Origin: Cyanophora paradoxa CCMP329
Lineage: Eukaryota; Plantae; Glaucophyta
Length of the DNA stretch: 64,000 bases
Direction of reading: 5' to 3'
NCBI GenBank assembly: GCA_004431415.1
Contig: QPMI01000029.1
Coordinates: 1-64,000, forward strand
Below are positions 58,601-64,000 of the stretch, piece after piece; position 1 is the first letter of the stretch, and the number at the start of each line of letters is the position of its first letter. The position numbers and the translations under genes were made by a program. The notes under the pieces were generated by a model, which saw nothing but the letters and a program-made list of their open reading frames with translations, did not search any database and had not been told where the DNA came from.

Positions 58601-58964
58601 ACAGGACTCGGTTCGGCAGCGGGGGCGGCTGCCGCCGCTGGCGGCGCCGCCGTCGCCCGCGCCTTCGAGCTCGGCCGCGAGGCTGGCGGTCCGGTCGCGG
58701 ACCGAGCTGCTGAGGGCCGACGTCGACCGCGGGGGCGGGGGCGGGCCGGATCCGGCGGCGAAGATCGCGAGCTCCCTCACGGACCGCCTCCTTCAAGGCG
58801 CCGGGGGCTGGCCCGTCCCCGTCCCCGCCCGAGAGGAGGACGTCGCGCCCCGGGAACCATCCCGGGGGCTCCCTGGGACCATCGAGGGCGAGGGCGAGAG
58901 CGGCGCCGGCGCCAGCGATGGCGATCGCGAGCCAAGTCGCGTGCCCGAAGCGGAACACGCGTAG
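40693..58964 (+). CDS. Giant multi-exon cell-surface protein: signal peptide, CUB repeats, putative lectin-like domain, ~7 IPT/TIG repeats, long right-handed beta-helix (PMP-like GGA[ILV]/FxxN repeats), Cys-rich repeats, multipass TM region, cytoplasmic tail
   Basis: TATA-like ATATATATAA at 40661; MAVSW...FSFLLGVVLCVLLSTAGA. CUB: YLWTVSAPEGYIVNL..ETEEGYDTVTVYD..STGRFMTVKLWADAVVNFRG and LVWTIAP..IVKFTSD. IPT: PRYGPREGGNIVTIRG, PAEGPIEGGVHVTVHG, PQYGSVHGGDLVTISG. Beta-helix: FASNAALVKGGAI, FAENSAAKGGAV. Cys-rich: CKLCPSGTYSL..CLACPTGASC. TM region with FSCR..YLQHDMQVDC and FSFLYRGYK..WYWE..RK. Stop is at 58713 or, allowing one frameshift, 58964. Confidence 0.8.
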
Positions 58965-60070
58965 AATCCAGATCCAGTCCGCCCGCGGCGCCGCCTAACT
59001 GGTCATTACTAGTTATGGCATGCGCATCCTCTCCGGCACTCGTGCCGCTAGAGCTCTTTCATTTCGGCTTTATAGTTAATTTGCGCGCCCTGTTTCCGTG
59101 TTTCCACTCCAATTGCTTTCTTGGTTCAGTATTGACATCGGACTCCGGGATCCGGAGCGGCTCGCGATCGATATCTATATATACTACGATATATAGCCTG
59201 CAGCTGCTGACATGTATATGTACAGGCATGATCATGACGACTTTTGATATTAGCTTTTCGACGCCAACCCGTCCAGCGGTAGTTAACTTGCAGAATAGTA
59301 GCGAAAGTACTCAGTGTGTGACTGTACGTGCATTAGTGTTTCTGTTGATGGCCATTGTATAATTTTTGCATTTCTTCATTCCTTTTCTTTCCATTCTAGG
59401 TCGATGTACCGTACCGGACTAATTCTATCTATCTGTATATAGCACGACACTTTCAGTTACCTAAGTGCGTGTAGGAGACCATTATAATTAGGTTATGGCC
59501 AGCAAACTCGCAGCTCGCAGCCGCGCAGAGCCCCACGAATCGCAAAGCCCATCTGTCGATAGTCGAGAGTGTAGGCTAATATTAATCATAAGATCGCCCG
59601 TGGGGGAAGCTCGAAGGCCCCAGTCTTGTTATTAATTAGAATAGCCTAGCCACGTTGCCACGTAGCCTAGCGCCTGAATTAGAATCAGAATTCGAAGCCT
59701 GTCTCTCTGGTGGGGAATCAGAATTCGAAGCGCTCGAATCGTATTGGTGACGACATCAATATAACCATACCAGTACTAGTGTCGCGGGCCGGGCGAAATA
59801 TTAATCTTGGGCGCCGGCGGCTGCCCAGCGTTGTTGCGGAAAACGGCCCTGGGCTTAAGCGCTATCCCTCCCGGAGTCAGCTGGCCTCCCGCTTTCGCTT
59901 TCCCTGGGCCTCATGATCATGATCAGCTGGCCACAGTGGCCAGGACCTGGCCTGCAGGCTGCAGCCTGCAGCTGGCATGGCCGGCCTCGGCCGGCGCGGC
60001 CATGCGGTCCATGCGGCCCTTCAAAACTTGAATCGAAGGGGGACCGGATCGCAATCGGAACAATCCGAGT

Positions 60071-60186
60071 GCTCCGAGTGCGGAACAATCTGTGCGCTTT
60101 GATTCGCCGCTTTTCGGATCCTCAAAACCGGAGCTCCGAGTGCGGAACAATCTGTGCGCTTTGATTCGCCGCTTTTCGGATCCTCA
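60071..60186. repeat. Tandem duplication of 54 bp (period 62)
   Basis: GCTCCGAGTGCGGAACAATCTGTGCGCTTTGATTCGCCGCTTTTCGGATCCTCA at 60071-60124 and 60133-60186. Confidence 0.9.
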
Positions 60187-60493
60187 CGTTCAAGTTCGGT
60201 AGCTTCTCCGCGAAAACAAGTCCTGATCATGAATTGAAAGCTTGACGTTTCGAACCTCCGAATCGTTCAAAGGTTTGATTTGGAGTGAATTTTTTGCTTT
60301 TTGGATAACTTTCACGTACCCCAGGTCCCCACTGCTGTTTGTTCGGAAGCCAGCCTGGGCGCCCAGGCGGCACAGCTAACTGCAGTCTGCAGCGCGAGAG
60401 CACCCGCGAAAGCGAACTAATACTATGAAACTCGGCCGTGCGCCCCCAGCGCACGGCGCAGGCCCCGGCCGCGGGCGACGGAGGCCGTTGAAA

Positions 60494-63400
60494 ATGCAGA
60501 TGGCGCCCATGCGCATGCATATGCTGGCGTGCACAGCGATTCTGCTGCTGGTGCGGGCGTCGTCCGTGTCGGCGCGCGAAGTCCCGAGTGATCCGGCTGC
60601 TACGTATACGCGTACGTATACCGAAGTCGCGCGGCCGGCGCCGCGGGCCGTGCCCGCCGGCCCCCCGGCGTTCGCTACGCTGTCGAACGTGACAGAGGGC
60701 CGCTACATCGTCGTACGTGCCGCCTCGCGCTTAGCTGCAGCCCCGGATCTCCCGGAGTCCGGCGCCGGCGCCCGCGTCCTCTACAGCTAGCGCGCTGCAG
60801 CTGCAGCTGCAGCTATAGCTATAGCTGTCCAATTAATCGATCCACCCAGCGGAATTGCAAGCTCGATGAACTGACGCCAGGGGCCGCCGGGCGCCCCGCC
60901 CGGCGCGCAGCGTTTCAAGGAAGGCGCGGCTCGCCTCGCCGCGGGCCGCCGCCTCCGCCTCCGCGCCGCCGGCGCCAGCCCAGCTTCCACGAGGCGGCCC
61001 ACGTGCTGATCGGGCGGCTGCGGGAGCGCCTGCAGCGCGCGGCCCGGCGCCAGGTCCGTCGCGCGCATTGAGAGTTCCGCCGGGTCCGACGGTCCGTCCG
61101 TCCGTTCTGGCAGCTCCTCCGCCACATGGAGAGCGTCCTCGCCGTGGACCACGTCTACCACGGCGTCTTCCCGGGCTTCGTAGGCCGTAGGCCGTATTCT
61201 CCCCAATTCCCCCTCTTTCTTTCTCCTCTCTTTCAAGTTTAACATACCCACGCCCTCCGGATTCCCCTCCCCCCCTCCTCCCCCCCGCCCCCCTCAGCCT
61301 CCCCCCTCCCCAACCCCTTCAACCCCGCCCCCCCTCCCCCCCCGGCGGCTGTTCCCCTTTGGAGACCTGCCTAGCCCTCGGCAGCTGCTGCCCTCCGCCC
61401 TCGTCCCTTTCGTCTCTGCCTCTCTCGTCCTCCTCTCGTCCTTCCCCGCTCCCGCCAACCCGCCACCACCTACCCGCCCAACCCTTACCACCCCCTCCTT
61501 CTACCCCTCCTCCCCTCTCCGCCTCCCTATCTTCTTTAGCGTTTCTTCCTTTCTATCGCGGCCCATCGAAGCGCCCCCCCCCCCCCCTCGCGCCCCCCCC
61601 CCCCCCCGGCCCCCTTCCCCTCCCCGCCCGCCGCCCCCCCCCCCCCCCACCCACCCTCCCCTCTCCACTTCCCCTCTCAACGCACCCGCCGCAGAATGTC
61701 GGCGGCAGCCGCGGCGCTGGCGCGGGCGACCCGGCAGTGGAGACGATCGAGGCAGACGGGGTGGCACATCTCACCGGGTTCACCACCCAGACCAGCGGTC
61801 CGCGCTCGCGCTCGCGAATTCGAATTGCGAAGGGCCCGCCGCCCCCTATATATAGCTACAGCAGGGAGTACTGCGGCGAGGCTAGCGCTAGACCTTAGCA
61901 TCTAAACTTCAATTTAACCTTGAGGATCTACAAGCTTAAGAAAGCCCTAGATTTAGAGCCGCGGGGCCGGGCTTCTAGCTGGACCGTCGACGTCTGCAGA
62001 CGAGAGCGTGCTTAAGCTTGGCGCTGATCGGCGGGCGTGCACGTGCACGTGCGCAGCGCCGCGGGGGTGGACTTGCTCGACAGCCTCGTCGGGGACGGGA
62101 AGTTTGCGTACGAGGCCACGGGTACGTGAGAATGTTCTTTCAGCTTCTCCCCTTCCTCTGCCTCCCCAAAGCCGATATCTTCTCGTTCTGTCCTCTTTTA
62201 TCCTGCATTCGACTCCGCTCCTGTCGAATTGAATCGGGGCCCGGGCCGCAGGCTGCGGCGCGAACGTCTACCTCGTCGACTCGGTGAGCCCCTTGATATC
62301 GATCGAGCCCGGCCAGCGCCCCTTTCTGCTCACCCCCCCCCCTTCCCAGGGCATCAACTTCGACCTGTACCCCGCCCAGTTCGGGCGCAGGGCCTCCGTG
62401 GTCTTCGACAACGTGCACGGTGCGAGCTCGAGCTCGAGCGCTCCGCGTCCCAGTGGCGGCCCGGCCGCATCGCGTGCTTGACTCGGCCTGTACGTGTGTG
62501 CAGCCCAGGGGACCCTCTTTTCAAGAGGGACTGCAACGGGTGGGTCGCCTCCCCCCCCTCCCCCCCTCCCCCCCCCCTCCCCCCTCCCCATCCCGCCCCA
62601 TCCCGCCCGGACTGGACCCCTCACTCTTCCCTCCTCCTTTCCTTCCCCCGCATCCGCGTTTTCGCCCTGCGTGCTGAACCGTGTACACGTGCCAGGCCCT
62701 GACATGACCCGCGCGCGTATCGAACAGTCCGCGAGCGTTGTGGGGTCGGCCACTTACGGCGCTGCCAAGCTTGCGAAGCGTGCGCCGGCGCCACGGCCCG
62801 CTTTAATTTACTCGAAACTAACTCGTGGGAGGGTCCGACGTCGACGGTCATGGCCATGGGTCTGTATGCAGTTTTCGGGGTGCGTAACCGCTGTACATGT
62901 GCCACGCATGCGCAGTCACTGTATGAGCGCTCGAGCCCGATATCGATTGCAGGTCAAGGTCTTCGGCTGCTCTTCAGTAGCCCCCGTTTCCGGCATGATC
63001 GCTGGGGCGGATTTCGTCTTGGTGCCTACGCATCGCGCTTTCAGAGCGGATTAAAGATAACGACAACGCGCAATTTATAATTTTTAACTCTAGATCTGTC
63101 GCAGGCCAACGCACAGAAGCCGGCGGTCGCCCTTCTGCCTTCGTCACAGACGCGTCATCGAATTTGGACGCGGCCGTGAACAAGCGCGCGCTTACATATC
63201 CTGCTGTTGTCTCGCGATCGGCGTCTGATCGAAGGCGCTACGAATACCGTCCGGTCCGTGGCCGCCGCAGACTCACTGACGCCGGCATCGTAGTCGTCAC
63301 CGGCGCCGGAAACAATCGGGGCGGCGATAGCTGCAGGTTTTCCCCCGCGCGTGTTCCCTCGGTGCGTGCTCTAGAAAACCCGCCGGGTCTAGGCCTCCGG

Positions 63401-64000
63401 TACCGGGTTTGGGCATATTTTCCCTCGATCGTGCACACTGTGACACACACGCGCGATCGACGCGATCGATCGGCGCGGGCGGGGCGCCGCTCGCCCTCGA
63501 AGAGGGAGACGAGAGGAGAGGAGGCCGGGCAAGAGGAGGCCGGGCAAGAGGAATGTTTTTTTGCAAAAGTGGACGTCGCATTGATACACCACGGCACATG
63601 TATCAATGTTCTACGTGACGTGCCCTTCCGACCGGTCAGCTATCTAGCCGAAGGTGCTAGCTAGGTGCCGGCCATGGGTCGCTCAATATGGGAGGTTCGC
63701 CTGAGTGGGGGAGCCATGGTTTTCGGTGATAGCCGTAACCAGACCCGCGCGCCCACCCTTGATCAACTCCTCCATCCCTCATGAGCCCTGGAAGTGAAAT
63801 GTCTCGCAGTCCGCCGCCTCCTTGCCGCCGCTCCGCCACCCCTCCTCCTCCTCACTCTGCCTCCTCCCTCCTCCTCACCTGCGCCCCAGGACCCCGATTA
63901 ATCGGTGTCCCGTTTTGTCGAGGTGAAGAAGGTGGTAGGAGGAAGATATGAGGAAGGAGAGGGAGTGGGCGGAGGCAGCGGTAGGGGGTGGGCAGCGGAT
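60494..64000 (+). CDS. Secreted subtilisin-like (S8, proteinase K/aqualysin-type) protease with I9 propeptide; 3'-partial, apparent frameshifts
   Basis: Signal peptide MLACTAILLLVRASSVSA; propeptide EGRYIV|RFKE, DHVYHGVFPGF, DPAVETIEADGVAH; catalytic-Asp block NVYLVDS|GIN; RDCNG; GSATYGAAK; VKVFGC; DAGIVVVTGAGN..DSCRFSPARVPS. Confidence 0.8.

Noticed and set aside
63589-63600. HHGT as the missing subtilase catalytic His
   Set aside because: It lies downstream of the AGN oxyanion block (wrong order), in apparent intron read-through.

Overview
This is GC-rich, very intron-rich eukaryotic nuclear DNA. A plastid psbC fragment points to an alga; the intron style would fit a glaucophyte such as Cyanophora, but that is inference only. 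Host genes: an uncharacterised multi-exon membrane protein (<1-8152 +), a parvulin PPIase (8257-9553 -) head-to-head with a purple acid phosphatase (9724-12967 +), a beta/gamma-crystallin-domain gene (36521-38745 +, with a truncated upstream copy), an ~18 kb giant CUB/IPT/beta-helix multipass membrane protein gene (40693-58964 +) and a partial subtilase (60494->64000 +). The 12.6-37 kb region is a tandem segmental duplication filled with mobile DNA: a 124-bp poly(A) retroposon stub, two adjacent hAT non-autonomous elements with 8-bp TSDs, and a 13.4 kb nest. The nest is an Ngaro/DIRS-type gag + RT/RNase H element bounded by identical 173-bp direct repeats. It has no tyrosine recombinase or integrase, yet it is flanked by a 16-bp target-site duplication. 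An 8.5 kb APE-RT-RNase H LINE sits inside it in antisense orientation. The most unusual signals are this recombinase-less, TSD-flanked DIRS-like element and a plastid psbC fragment also flanked by a 16-bp TSD; together they suggest heterologous templates being captured at staggered cuts. Exon boundaries were read by eye, and many 1-bp frameshifts may be sequencing errors.
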